From: a virus
Lineage: Duplodnaviria; Caudoviricetes
Length of the DNA stretch: 35,987 nucleotides
Reading direction: 5' to 3' (one strand)
IMG/VR virus record: IMGVR_UViG_3300033518_000152
Location: 1-35,987 of that record
This document shows, one piece after another, positions 18,277-28,408 of the stretch (position 1 is the first letter of the stretch; each line of letters opens with the position of its first letter). Position numbers and translations under genes: made by a program. The notes beneath the pieces were generated by a model. The model did no database searches. It saw only the letters and a list, made by a program, of their open reading frames with translations, and was not told where the DNA came from.

Positions 18277-20203
18277 CTGTAGTATTTTGTTTTCTATTAA
18301 TAAAAAAGTCGAAAATTTTCCTATCTACTTGCCAATTTATTTCTTGTCCTATAACTTTTTCTTGTTTTTCTTGCTCGTATGGTTTAACGTAAAATTTAGC
18401 ATTCCTCTTGTGAGCTCTTTCAGCATATGAAGATTCGTTAGTGTTTTCATCATTATAAGCTACTATGTGATTACTTTCATCGACAAAATACGGTACTCCG
18501 TCTGTTCCTTTATTAAATTGTATTGATATGTCGGATTCAAGTTGCGCTCTTGTGATGTCGGTATTATTTTTCAAATATTCCGTTATGGCTATATCTTTAA
18601 TAAGCTGCGCTCTTTGTCTGGATAATTTCGGAAAACCGATTACATTATCCTCATCTATATTTCCCTCGCAAATAAATTTTTGCCCCTTATGTCTTTTAAT
18701 TAATTTTACAATTCCATCTATAGAAACTTTATTTCTCAATGCTAAATCTTTTCTTAAGCTCGGATATTGTTTTATCTGATTTCTTATTTTAACATCAGTG
18801 GCTGATGAAAGTTTGAATTCTTCATTTAAATCTATCAAATAATTTCTACCATTATCAAAATAAAATAGAGACACTAAATCCTTTACGGCTTCCTTATATT
18901 TTTGAGTAGTCTCTTTTTTATTATCGAATTTTATCAATTGAAAATATTTCTTAAAGTGTTTCTTTATTACTCCTCTAGAAACAACCAATGTGGTGGTGAA
19001 TGACGGACCCTCTTCGTTCGTATTGTAACTGTGGGATACGGAATCTACGTAAAAATATTCACCTGTATGCTGCAAAAATATTCTATACCCTCTCTTGATA
19101 GTGTTATCCCCAGCTACGACTATCGTACCATTTCTTGTGAAAGGTAAATACACGTTACTCTCTACCATATATCTAAGGTCAGCTATCGCTTTTTGCGACA
19201 TCCTATCCTTGTCGTCTATTTTATTAAATGTTATGTAATTGTTTACTTGTATGTTAGATTTGCTTCCCCAAATTTCAGCATATTCTTCAAAAAATACCGC
19301 CTTTATATAAGTGAACATAACTTCTTGACCGCTTAGTCCTATTCCTTTGGGTAAAAGTTGATACCAAGAATACACTGTTCCGCTATACCAATCCAAATCT
19401 GCAGATAGAACATCATTTTCTTGTATGTTTTTAACTATTGGTAATTTGACGAATCCTCTATAATCGAATGGTTCTTTTCTAGAGAAAAAATAATATTGGT
19501 CTCCCACTGTGTCGCCAAAAAATTGAAGCCAAGGCTGTTGAACCACCTTTTGAACGAAATTCAATAAACTTCCCTGATTAAAGGCTATCGTAGCATCGTT
19601 AATATTTTGACTCAAAGAATATTGGTCGGCCACTAATTTTATTACTTGCCAGATTCCAGAAGCCTCAAACTCATCGAATCCATTTACGACTGTTAGCATT
19701 TCATCAGAATCAGGCTCTGTAGTTTCTGAATCTTTCTCGGATATAGATGTGGTGCCGATTTCGACACTATAAGAAGGAACTTTCTTAGAATATTTTCCCT
19801 TAGGAACATATTGGTTATCTTTCTTAGGAATATTAAAATGAACTGGGTCTTGAATAGATTCAATATCTCCTCCCCATTCCAAACCGCTGTTTTTAGCAAT
19901 TCCGGGAATCCCAGATTTTCTCCAATCGGACTTAGTGCTTTTTTTTAATAATGTTACGCCATTCTTTGAGCAATTTATATCTATCGCTCCGTAGTGGCCA
20001 TGGTCTGAATTTCCAGGAGTCGCTGCTCCTTCTCCGTATTTTCGCTTTGTCGCTACTTGTTCGTCATAAGTTCTGTATCCACCACCATTAGAAATAACAA
20101 CTTTCCATCCCGCATTTTGAACCTTATCTATGAAATTTAGAAAAATATCTTTGTTAGGTTGAGGATATTTATTTAACGCACTGATGCTTTTATCGTATGT
20201 CAT
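18269..20203 (-). CDS. Baseplate hub C-terminal part with N-terminal M15 peptidase and OmpA-like domain
   Basis: M15 motifs GYRTYDEQ, PGNSDH..GAID, GLEWGG, DPVHF; hub-like YFYVDSVSHSY...FTTTLVVSRG; OmpA-like FYFD...EGNID...LSRQRA...RNAKF. Confidence 0.75.
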   Translation of the reverse strand: MTYDKSISALNKYPQPNKDIFLNFIDKVQNAGWKVVISNGGGYRTYDEQVATKRKYGEGAATPGNSDHGHYGAIDINCSKNGVTLLKKSTKSDWRKSGIPGIAKNSGLEWGGDIESIQDPVHFNIPKKDNQYVPKGKYSKKVPSYSVEIGTTSISEKDSETTEPDSDEMLTVVNGFDEFEASGIWQVIKLVADQYSLSQNINDATIAFNQGSLLNFVQKVVQQPWLQFFGDTVGDQYYFFSRKEPFDYRGFVKLPIVKNIQENDVLSADLDWYSGTVYSWYQLLPKGIGLSGQEVMFTYIKAVFFEEYAEIWGSKSNIQVNNYITFNKIDDKDRMSQKAIADLRYMVESNVYLPFTRNGTIVVAGDNTIKRGYRIFLQHTGEYFYVDSVSHSYNTNEEGPSFTTTLVVSRGVIKKHFKKYFQLIKFDNKKETTQKYKEAVKDLVSLFYFDNGRNYLIDLNEEFKLSSATDVKIRNQIKQYPSLRKDLALRNKVSIDGIVKLIKRHKGQKFICEGNIDEDNVIGFPKLSRQRAQLIKDIAITEYLKNNTDITRAQLESDISIQFNKGTDGVPYFVDESNHIVAYNDENTNESSYAERAHKRNAKFYVKPYEQEKQEKVIGQEINWQVDRKIFDFFINRKQNTTDV

Positions 20204-21708
20204 TTTTTGTCATTTTTTTTAACAAGTTCCAACTGAGCAACCTTGTATTTCGTTTTCCTATCTCCGTAATATTCGAACAGCCTATCATGACAAACGCTTA
20301 TATTTGAAAGGCGACTTATCAGTAAATTCATAACAAAATGAACATTCCTATTCGATTGATTATAAAGAACATCAATTTGGCCAGTTGTTATAAGTCTATT
20401 CGCTGTTCTTTTTCCTTTTTCCGCATTTGAATTGATATTATTAGAAGCATTTACTCCATCTCCTCTACTCGGCAATTTAAAGTTTTCAAAAACACTATTA
20501 CCGTTATCTGAATAAGAATTTGCGAAAAAATTACTATTATCTTCTATTAATAATTTCATACAATCTCTTCCGCTTATATTAGCTCCAAAGGAATCGCCCT
20601 CGTAAGTTACGGAGTCAGAATTTGTATCTATGAGTCCTATCATATCCCAATCAGCATAGGGCAAGTCCTGATTCGATTGAAAAAAATCTTCACAACTATT
20701 ATCCAGAAGTTCTTCATCATCTCTAAAAGTTATGAAAATAACATCGTTTGCTGATATTAGATTCTTGAAAAATAAATCGCTGCTCACTGTCTTTTCACTT
20801 TCTTTGCCAAGAACCAGAACTTCCTTTAGATTCGTATCCGGAGTTTTGGTAATATCATCATCCCCATTTATATTCGTATCTGGTTCGTAATCCGGAAATT
20901 TATCTTTCTTATTGAATCTTCCATTTAGAACATTTTTAAAGGCAAAGTTAAATTTATTGTTATGCTTGAATTTAATGTATCTGTCTTTTCTAGGACTCCA
21001 AACCCCAATTGGTTCTCCATTCTTAATTTTAATGAAACCCTCGATATTTATCAAGCTCAAGTTGAAATTTCCTCCTGTATCTGTTACATTTGTCTTTACG
21101 CTTTCTATGAATGGTGTGAGATTAAAGATAGAATTCGGATTGAAGACTCCATTTTCATTTAAACTTTTACACCAAATCCATACTTTAGGGTGAACATATT
21201 GTCTTCTTGTTTTTGAAATATCTGAATTTTTATTTGTGTTTTTATCTAATCCTTTTATGAAAGATATGTAATTTTTGAAAAATAAATTATTTTCAAATAT
21301 TGTCCCATCGCCCCCCTTACCATCCTCTGAAAATACTTTGACTGAAAAATCATCTGTAAGTAAAGAACTACTATTGATAATTTCATTCGACGATACATAT
21401 CCTGAGTCTATATTAAAAGAGCATAGAGGACATGGCATTTTTGCAGTTACCGACCTGAAATCTTTAGTGTCGTTTCCATCTTTATCCGCTAATCCTAATC
21501 TTATTCTCTGATTTATCGAATAAAAGTCATAAGCGATTTCCCTGTTAGATATCTGAATTTTAGAATCAGTCTCCCACACGTAATCTAAAAATTGTTCGGC
21601 TGTCAAACCGTAAATTTTAAACGTGTTTTCTACTACATCTTCAATGCCAGCAGCATATCCAAATTCACCATTGTAATCTAATTTTAAATTCTTTCCCATA
21701 TCCCACAA
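20200..21708 (-). CDS. Putative baseplate hub protein, N-terminal part
   Basis: Follows the tape measure; FNLTPFIESVKT...GGNFNLSL and MIGLID...ISGRDCMKLL are hub-like; ATGA overlap with the next ORF. Confidence 0.6.
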   Translation of the reverse strand: MWDMGKNLKLDYNGEFGYAAGIEDVVENTFKIYGLTAEQFLDYVWETDSKIQISNREIAYDFYSINQRIRLGLADKDGNDTKDFRSVTAKMPCPLCSFNIDSGYVSSNEIINSSSLLTDDFSVKVFSEDGKGGDGTIFENNLFFKNYISFIKGLDKNTNKNSDISKTRRQYVHPKVWIWCKSLNENGVFNPNSIFNLTPFIESVKTNVTDTGGNFNLSLINIEGFIKIKNGEPIGVWSPRKDRYIKFKHNNKFNFAFKNVLNGRFNKKDKFPDYEPDTNINGDDDITKTPDTNLKEVLVLGKESEKTVSSDLFFKNLISANDVIFITFRDDEELLDNSCEDFFQSNQDLPYADWDMIGLIDTNSDSVTYEGDSFGANISGRDCMKLLIEDNSNFFANSYSDNGNSVFENFKLPSRGDGVNASNNINSNAEKGKRTANRLITTGQIDVLYNQSNRNVHFVMNLLISRLSNISVCHDRLFEYYGDRKTKYKVAQLELVKKNDKK

Positions 21709-21710
21709 TA

Positions 21711-23507
21711 TTACATCATTCGGCCAGCCACATTTCTTTCTGAATACACTTTATTGCTTTGCGTATTTTTATTTTTAGTCTTAAAATAATTTGTAACTTC
21801 TTTAAAAAATTCTTTTTGGTCTATAGAAGACTGTTGTATTTGATTCAATAATTTTAGTTCAAATTCAGTAGTTACCCCAACTGAAGACTGAGCGTCGGCA
21901 TTCATTTGAGCCTTACCTAAAGTCGCTTTTCTGGTCGTGTTGATTCCCTTGCCCAAAAAAGCATCTAATGAACCCTCCTTACCCGCCATCACATCTCTAT
22001 ATATTTGCATATCTTGAGCACTTTGAGGATTAAATCTTGCAAAAAGTTCGTCCTGTTCCGCTAACTTGTTCCCCCCAGAACGTCTCTTTATTCCCTCAAA
22101 AGTCGCTTTCATGTAAGCTGGATCAGTTGACCCCCCAAATTTCAAAAATTCTCTTGCCGCTGCTGGGTCTCCCTTCAGCTCCGGATGAGATTTGAAGACA
22201 TCTTCGTATTTCATCATCATCAAATTGTCATTGCCTCCTTCCCCCAATCCTTCAATCGTTCTAGATAAAAATCCTGCTCCTCCCTCGCCTTTTTTTGAAA
22301 GTCCTACTTTCTCAAATGCAGCCAAAATCCTTAGAGATGAATTTACATCTATAGCATCTGTCTTGCTTCTCTGTATATTCATTATTGTCTCACCTGATTT
22401 TAATTTTTCAGACAATGTGGTCAAATCGTTTTCTTTCAAACTACTTTGTTTTATCGAAGTAAGAACATTTAAAATATCTAAACCAACATCTGTAGCACCT
22501 CTCCCACTGAATCTTTCCATAGGCGAAAACGCTTCTACACTTGCTCCGAACCCCTTATTAAAAGTAAAATCTTCTTTTGCTCTTTGTATTAAATTTCCTG
22601 ACATTCTCGACGATAAGGCTTTTTGATTAACGATTCCGGCGAACTCGTCGCCAGATAAACCTAATTTTGCTAATCCCTCTTCTCCGCTTAATCCAGATAT
22701 TCCTTTTTGGAATGCAACGTTAGCTAAAGAGCCAGTTTCCCCATAAGCTCCTCTCATGGCGGAAGTTGCTCCTATGGATTCTTGTATTTTTTCTCCTTGC
22801 TTCATAAAAAAAGCTGTTGCGACAACGGCTGCGGCTGTGGCTGCACCCGCAAAAGGAATAGCGGCAGCCACTGTAGTAATCACCCCTAATAAATCCCCCT
22901 TTGATGTGGCGATAACAGCAGAACCCGCAGTCCGCCTTAATCCAGCACCAGAATCTCTTTCTCCTGAACTAACTGCTCCTCCCGAACTACCTTGACCACC
23001 TGAAGTAGAATTCTCATCTATTGTTTTACCCATTCCAAAGAAAGACAAAAATCCACCGCCCTTTCCGTTCTTTTTAAATTCTTCAGAATCTTCTTGAGCT
23101 TTTTTCTCATCGACATTAGCTTGGCTTCTGAATTCGTCTAATATCTCTCTGAGAGTTTCGTTTTGTTCTATTAGTAAGGCACTTTGCTCAGCTCTTTCTG
23201 AAGCGTCTAATTCTCTAGAACTTTCTTTGAATTCTTTTTGTGCTCTTTCCCAATCTTTACCACTTATCTGACCGTCCTGAAATCTTTTTTGGTCGGCTGC
23301 AAAATCTTGCTTGTTAGTACTTCTTATTTGTTCGTAATCTTGTCTAATTGTATCTTTCTTAGCGTCGTAACTTTCAGCTACAACTCCTCTTACAGAATTA
23401 GTTTTAGTTGCGGCATCTCCAAGTGCTTTAACTTTTTCACGCAAGTTATCTATGACCGCTCCTGCGCCATCATCACGCCCCCTAATATTCAAACTAACAT
23501 CACTCAT
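21711..23507 (-). CDS. Tape measure protein
   Basis: MSDVSLNIRGRDD N-terminus, helical and Ala/Gly-rich, one hydrophobic segment; follows tube and chaperones. Confidence 0.75.
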   Translation of the reverse strand: MSDVSLNIRGRDDGAGAVIDNLREKVKALGDAATKTNSVRGVVAESYDAKKDTIRQDYEQIRSTNKQDFAADQKRFQDGQISGKDWERAQKEFKESSRELDASERAEQSALLIEQNETLREILDEFRSQANVDEKKAQEDSEEFKKNGKGGGFLSFFGMGKTIDENSTSGGQGSSGGAVSSGERDSGAGLRRTAGSAVIATSKGDLLGVITTVAAAIPFAGAATAAAVVATAFFMKQGEKIQESIGATSAMRGAYGETGSLANVAFQKGISGLSGEEGLAKLGLSGDEFAGIVNQKALSSRMSGNLIQRAKEDFTFNKGFGASVEAFSPMERFSGRGATDVGLDILNVLTSIKQSSLKENDLTTLSEKLKSGETIMNIQRSKTDAIDVNSSLRILAAFEKVGLSKKGEGGAGFLSRTIEGLGEGGNDNLMMMKYEDVFKSHPELKGDPAAAREFLKFGGSTDPAYMKATFEGIKRRSGGNKLAEQDELFARFNPQSAQDMQIYRDVMAGKEGSLDAFLGKGINTTRKATLGKAQMNADAQSSVGVTTEFELKLLNQIQQSSIDQKEFFKEVTNYFKTKNKNTQSNKVYSERNVAGRMM

Positions 23508-23841
23508 CGTCTTTAACGTTAAATTGGTTAATATCTATCTCGTCAAATTCTTCGTCGGATAATCCGGATTTTGAGTTTGATTCAAAAGTATCCGTAAAAT
23601 CGTACCTACTGATTCTTTTCTTCATCATTTTCTCTTCCTCAAAATCATACAACATGTCTATAAAAGACATTTGGCGATGCTCCGAACTACCGAATGCAAC
23701 GCCATACTTCTTTCTCCACAAAAAATCAATTGGGAAACTGTTATTCCAATGAACTATGAATTTTCTTAACTCATTTCTATTAGTTGACGGTTTCTGATTC
23801 TGACTCATTGCTTTCAGTTTGTAGTTCCTCATTATCTTCAT
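23500..23841 (-). CDS. Tail assembly chaperone, second ORF (gpT-like); true start uncertain
   Basis: Between the first chaperone and the tape measure; overlaps the upstream ORF in the +1 frame; WNNSFPIDFLWRKKY core. Confidence 0.6.
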   Translation of the reverse strand: MKIMRNYKLKAMSQNQKPSTNRNELRKFIVHWNNSFPIDFLWRKKYGVAFGSSEHRQMSFIDMLYDFEEEKMMKKRISRYDFTDTFESNSKSGLSDEEFDEIDINQFNVKDDE

Positions 23842-24184
23842 CGATAAGGAGCAACTCGTTATTTAAAGGCTTGAACCAAGGAATAAAATCTTTTTTAAAG
23901 GTTTTTACTAATTCTTTGGCTAATATCGCATCCATATCTCTCCAATTCTTTAATCCTAAGTCTTCCTTTATTTGGGGAATCAAGATAGCAAAGTAAGAAA
24001 TCATATCAGTTATATCTAACTGAAAAATTTGGATTTTTAGTGGTGACATTGCCATATCAGCATACCTACCATTAGTTAATGACATTTTATTGTTTTCAAT
24101 ATCAATCATCTGCCCTACGTTTGGAAATTTTACGATGTAATCATTTCCTCTGAACTTAATCAGTTTTTGACTATTATTTACCAT
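23780..24184 (-). CDS. Tail assembly chaperone (gpG-like)
   Basis: Immediately after the tail tube gene; acidic C-terminal tail. Confidence 0.65.
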   Translation of the reverse strand: MVNNSQKLIKFRGNDYIVKFPNVGQMIDIENNKMSLTNGRYADMAMSPLKIQIFQLDITDMISYFAILIPQIKEDLGLKNWRDMDAILAKELVKTFKKDFIPWFKPLNNELLLIDEDNEELQTESNESESETVN

Positions 24185-24209
24185 TTTGAAAATTGTTTAC
24201 GTTATTTAA

Positions 24210-24695
24210 TTAAACCGGAAATAGAATAGGAGTAATGTACTCAAAATCCACATCTCGACCAGAAATCTGCCCCTCTGAGATATCAAAACTTTCTTTCGTA
24301 GCGAACGCACCCCTAACACTTGCAAACAGCTCGAATTTAGGATAAATGATTCCGGTCGCTGGGTCTTGATAATCTTTGACTTTCTTCATGATGTCGATTT
24401 GAATACCGTTTTCCTGAAGAAGAACTGTATCCACAAAATTTTGAAGATTATTAACATTTCTCAAGAGAGCATTTTTAATCAAAGCGTCTTGATTGTTAAA
24501 CGTTATGCTATAAAATCCGGCATTCAAAGTTCCATCCCATTTTAAGGCAGGAAGTTCTTGCGGTGTCAACTCCCCAATACCTTGAACGTTTCCACGTTGT
24601 ATTGACTCGTTCACTCGGATATTTTTCATTTTTCCGATTGCTATGCCGTTCACTTTGATTACAGCGAGGGGAGCAGTCATGGTTTTAGTTGCCAT
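24210..24695 (-). CDS. Tail tube protein
   Basis: 161 aa directly after the sheath; IKVNGIAIG...VQGIGELTPQE...FEY pattern of Twort-like tubes. Confidence 0.85.
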   Translation of the reverse strand: MATKTMTAPLAVIKVNGIAIGKMKNIRVNESIQRGNVQGIGELTPQELPALKWDGTLNAGFYSITFNNQDALIKNALLRNVNNLQNFVDTVLLQENGIQIDIMKKVKDYQDPATGIIYPKFELFASVRGAFATKESFDISEGQISGRDVDFEYITPILFPV

Positions 24696-24726
24696 ATCTT
24701 TTATGTTTAATTGTTATTTATTTTGG

Positions 24727-26673
24727 TTATGCGTTTAAATTATTGTCCAACATGAAACCTGTAACAAATAATTTGTTCAAAGGACCATTAGGAACGAATC
24801 CGTATTTGATGTCGTAGTAATCTTCAATCAGTCTTACAGTAACATTTTTGAAACTCAAGATTAAATTATCTTCGTTTGTGGTTACTGTTCTTCCAAACAA
24901 ATATCCTTCAACATAAGTCTTAACATCCGCAGGAGATGCTTTTCCCCAATTGTTTCCTACGAATAAAGGTCGCATATTCAAAATCAACTCTTTGTTAAGT
25001 TGAGCCCCAATTCTCATGATAGATATTTCTGGAGAACTACCGTCAGGATTCACTAATTGGGAATTATTTTGAAGAGTATTAATCGCTTGGTTTGTAACGT
25101 TACCTATTCCGGGAACGGTGCGATTATGTATAACTCCATATTTCAATGCTTTTTCTCTTTGTTTTAATCCTAGAGGATGATTGAATTCTTGAATCTTCAA
25201 AGCCTTGAACGTCGCAGGAACTTGTGGCTCCAAACCTCCCAATCTTCCAACGAAACAAGCCGCATGATAAATTGAAGACATTTTTTCTTTTTTGTTGGTG
25301 AAACTGTTAAAACGTGTTTCCCCACTGTGAACAACTATAACTGAAGTTGAGTTGTAAAATTTAGCGATTTCTATACTTGAATTTGTATCGACATCGAATT
25401 TGGTTTCGTCTTTTCCTCCACCAATAACTAAGAATCTATCAAATTCAGAATTAGTTTGAATAGCATTCACAACTTTTAAATTCTCAGTCCCCTTAGCATC
25501 GTCACCGTAGCAATCGGTCAAGAAGAACGTATTTTGTAATTCTCTGACGTCTTCTAAAACCTTATCCAAATCAGTAGAATTGTAAACGCTTGTTCCTCCC
25601 GAAGCTAATTTCAAATCATCATTCGTTGTGAAGTCACCTGAAGCAATAACGCCAGTTCCTCTTATAACATAGTCTGGGTCAATTTCAAACAATTTGTTGA
25701 AAGTAAAATCATTCAACATCCATTGAATCAAAGTATCTATATTAGAAAACTCTACAGATTCAGTCACTAATACAGGAGCAGATTGAGTGGCGGTCAATTG
25801 ATTTATAGAACTTCCATTCTCATTGTATCCTGCGAAAGTCCCTTCATATATCGAAAGAATATATTTCAATGGGTCTTCGTCACCTATTCTTAATGTTGAA
25901 CCGTATCCTGTAGCTACTTGTGTTCCGGCAACGTATCCTGAAAAAGAAGTCGTAGTTTCTACAACCGCAACTTTCAACAATTCAACAACGGACATAGGAC
26001 CAACAATTACAGCAGTGTTTTTCTTCGAATTAACAACTATAGAACTTCCTTGAACTTTAGCTTTATATCCGGCAACGTTAGCACTTACAGCCGCAGCGAT
26101 AGAAGCAAGAGTTTGCGAAACAGATACAGAATCTGCGGTAAAAGTTCCAACGTTCGCTCCACCAACAGTTACATTGAAAACATTTCCAATAACTATCGCA
26201 TTCACTATTCGTAAGGTAGCAGTAGCAAGAGTTTCATTAGTCCAACCATTACCTACTTCTCCCTCGTTCTTACAAAGGAAAGATAAACTTCCTCCATTTG
26301 CTCCCGTAGGAAAATTATAAGAGATACTTGCGGGTGTGGTAGTACACGCTCTAACCATATAAACAGTATCGGGACCAACCGCTCCATTTATAGGATTAAA
26401 AATATAATCCGCTAAATCATAAAAAAGTCCTCCCTTATTAAATTGCTTAAAATCATCAACGTCTTGAAAGCCATAAACAGAATTTACGCCATTAGCGAAC
26501 TCACCATTTATTCCACTTCCACCACCCCACTCTTTACCGCTCTTCCCTGTGTCGATTAAAACTAAATCTCCAAAAGAAGAGTTGCTTGGTTTTGCAGGAA
26601 TACCACTTTTTATTTGGGCATATACTCCTGGCTCAATGATTTTCTTACCGTTAAAATTTACTACAGTTGGCAT
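24727..26673 (-). CDS. Contractile tail sheath protein
   Basis: FNGKKIIEPGVY N-terminus; GLEPQVPATFKAL, NQAINT and C-terminal PNGPLNKLFV sheath motifs. Confidence 0.92.
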   Translation of the reverse strand: MPTVVNFNGKKIIEPGVYAQIKSGIPAKPSNSSFGDLVLIDTGKSGKEWGGGSGINGEFANGVNSVYGFQDVDDFKQFNKGGLFYDLADYIFNPINGAVGPDTVYMVRACTTTPASISYNFPTGANGGSLSFLCKNEGEVGNGWTNETLATATLRIVNAIVIGNVFNVTVGGANVGTFTADSVSVSQTLASIAAAVSANVAGYKAKVQGSSIVVNSKKNTAVIVGPMSVVELLKVAVVETTTSFSGYVAGTQVATGYGSTLRIGDEDPLKYILSIYEGTFAGYNENGSSINQLTATQSAPVLVTESVEFSNIDTLIQWMLNDFTFNKLFEIDPDYVIRGTGVIASGDFTTNDDLKLASGGTSVYNSTDLDKVLEDVRELQNTFFLTDCYGDDAKGTENLKVVNAIQTNSEFDRFLVIGGGKDETKFDVDTNSSIEIAKFYNSTSVIVVHSGETRFNSFTNKKEKMSSIYHAACFVGRLGGLEPQVPATFKALKIQEFNHPLGLKQREKALKYGVIHNRTVPGIGNVTNQAINTLQNNSQLVNPDGSSPEISIMRIGAQLNKELILNMRPLFVGNNWGKASPADVKTYVEGYLFGRTVTTNEDNLILSFKNVTVRLIEDYYDIKYGFVPNGPLNKLFVTGFMLDNNLNA

Positions 26674-26679
26674 AATTTT

Positions 26680-26934
26680 TTATTTTTTAGATTCGTTTTT
26701 CTTTTTTATTTCATCAATCTTCTTTTGCTTTACAGCGTCAATTTCAATTTTTGGAGATTCTTTGACTTCCACTACTTTTTCGGGGGCAATAAAGTTCACC
26801 TTTCCCGTCAAAATGTTAATCCAATCGGACTCTTCTTTTTCCTCAGAACCGTATAATTTAGCTATGACATTTTTGTCGATGTTGCTAATTTTGTATTTGA
26901 AAGCAAATTGTGAGACGTTCATAATTTTATTCAT
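26680..26934 (-). CDS. Small hypothetical protein preceding the sheath
   Basis: 84-aa Lys/Glu-rich ORF, co-oriented. Confidence 0.7.
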   Translation of the reverse strand: MNKIMNVSQFAFKYKISNIDKNVIAKLYGSEEKEESDWINILTGKVNFIAPEKVVEVKESPKIEIDAVKQKKIDEIKKKNESKK

Positions 26935-26952
26935 TTTATGTTTAATAGCTGT

Positions 26953-27624
26953 TTATGGCGATTCTGCTTTTCCCGTAATCACAAATTCTTTAATCAACTT
27001 GGTAAAGAAAAAATTAGGCACATTTAATTCGTATGAAAAATTCAATAAAACGCTTCTATGAAATATATGAGTCGGTATTTTAGACGAATCTAAATTCACG
27101 TCTTGACCGCTAATTTTTGGCAAACGTAATCCCGATAATTCTAAGTGATAATTCAAGGCCAATAAGGATGATTTTAATAAATTGTAAATCAAAAGAAGCT
27201 CAAAGCTATTTTCGGAACTTATCAATAAATTATAGGTTGAATCATATTTCTGAGTAAACACTGCTCTGTAAGAAGTGGCGTCAACATTCTCATCATATGG
27301 TTGATAATTTTCATCAGCCCCAATACCTAATGGACTTCCATTTTCAGCGGGAAGAAGAATATGAACACAACCCATAGAAGCTACTTCTAAATTGTATCCC
27401 AAATTAACTTGAGGAGTCTTTCTAACAAAGGTCTCTATCGCCTGATTCAAATAATCAAAACTTTCAAATGCTATTCTATCGCCATTCTCATCTACGCCAA
27501 ATAAGCTGTAAAGCATTGTGTCTTCTAATGTATTACTATCATAATCATCTTTAACTAATTTGAAGACTGTCTTCAAAGTTTTGTAGATAATTACTTCGGG
27601 AATTATAATTGCTTCAGTTGCCAT
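26953..27624 (-). CDS. Putative tail completion/terminator protein
   Basis: Last neck gene before the sheath, as in Twort-like gene order. Confidence 0.6.
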   Translation of the reverse strand: MATEAIIIPEVIIYKTLKTVFKLVKDDYDSNTLEDTMLYSLFGVDENGDRIAFESFDYLNQAIETFVRKTPQVNLGYNLEVASMGCVHILLPAENGSPLGIGADENYQPYDENVDATSYRAVFTQKYDSTYNLLISSENSFELLLIYNLLKSSLLALNYHLELSGLRLPKISGQDVNLDSSKIPTHIFHRSVLLNFSYELNVPNFFFTKLIKEFVITGKAESP

Positions 27625-28408
27625 AGCCTAAATCATTTAAAATTTTATCCACGTTGTTCTCGCTAATCATTTCAATATCGGTATCAGCCAAAGCCTTGCC
27701 CATAAAATCCTTAGCTTGAATTCCTCTATGTATCCACGAATTAGGGTCAGAATTTTCACTAACTCTTCTAAAAGTTACATAAGTATTTTGAGCCACCTTT
27801 TCGTATGCTCCTGTTTTCTTAGCCAACCCCTCATAAATACTATGCTTATGCTGATACTCCGGAATTACTCTGGTAGGTAGAACAATAGCCTTTCTTGAGC
27901 TTGGGATATCAAAAGGACTTGGAATGTCCGTTTTCTTTAGTCCTACATCAGATGGCATTTTACTAACCAAACCGTAAATCTCGCTCGGCATTATGGAAGT
28001 GAAAGCAGAATTTTCCCCTACTATTCCGGGAGTTCCTATCCTGAAAGGAATCGTAAGATACCAACTCGCTATAAGATTCCCATTTTTATCGGTCTTGTAA
28101 GAATATTTCACCTTTGGGGAATTAGCGAATCCTGTTTTCATATCAAAAGCCGAACAGCCTTGTTCTAGCATGTTTGGTAGTTTCCCCGTCAATAAAATAG
28201 TTTTCGAGTAATCACCATTATTGATAATTTGAAGATTATTAATGTATTCATTTCTCGTAGAACCCAAGCCTTTTGAGGCTGCGAGTTGCCAGTTTCTATA
28301 AATCTCATCGGTAACTTTAGTCACAGTGTCTTTTACCATGAAATCCCCTATGTTAGTAGGTAGATTAAACTCGGCAATGATATCATCTATGTTAAGGTCG
28401 ATTGTCAT
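27614..28408 (-). CDS. Putative neck protein
   Basis: AFDMKTGF...WYLTIPFR...YVTFRRVSENSDPNSWIH resembles the Twort/SPO1-like neck protein. Confidence 0.75.
   Translation of the reverse strand: MTIDLNIDDIIAEFNLPTNIGDFMVKDTVTKVTDEIYRNWQLAASKGLGSTRNEYINNLQIINNGDYSKTILLTGKLPNMLEQGCSAFDMKTGFANSPKVKYSYKTDKNGNLIASWYLTIPFRIGTPGIVGENSAFTSIMPSEIYGLVSKMPSDVGLKKTDIPSPFDIPSSRKAIVLPTRVIPEYQHKHSIYEGLAKKTGAYEKVAQNTYVTFRRVSENSDPNSWIHRGIQAKDFMGKALADTDIEMISENNVDKILNDLGYGN

Noticed and set aside
19693-19899. 68-aa alternative-frame ORF inside the hub/M15 gene
   Set aside because: It is nested in a gene whose main frame carries the peptidase motifs there.
23891-23901. TTTAAAAAA as a -1 slippery site in the chaperone gene
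   Set aside because: It is not phased as X XXY YYZ, and the -1 frame stops within about 10 codons without reaching the second ORF.
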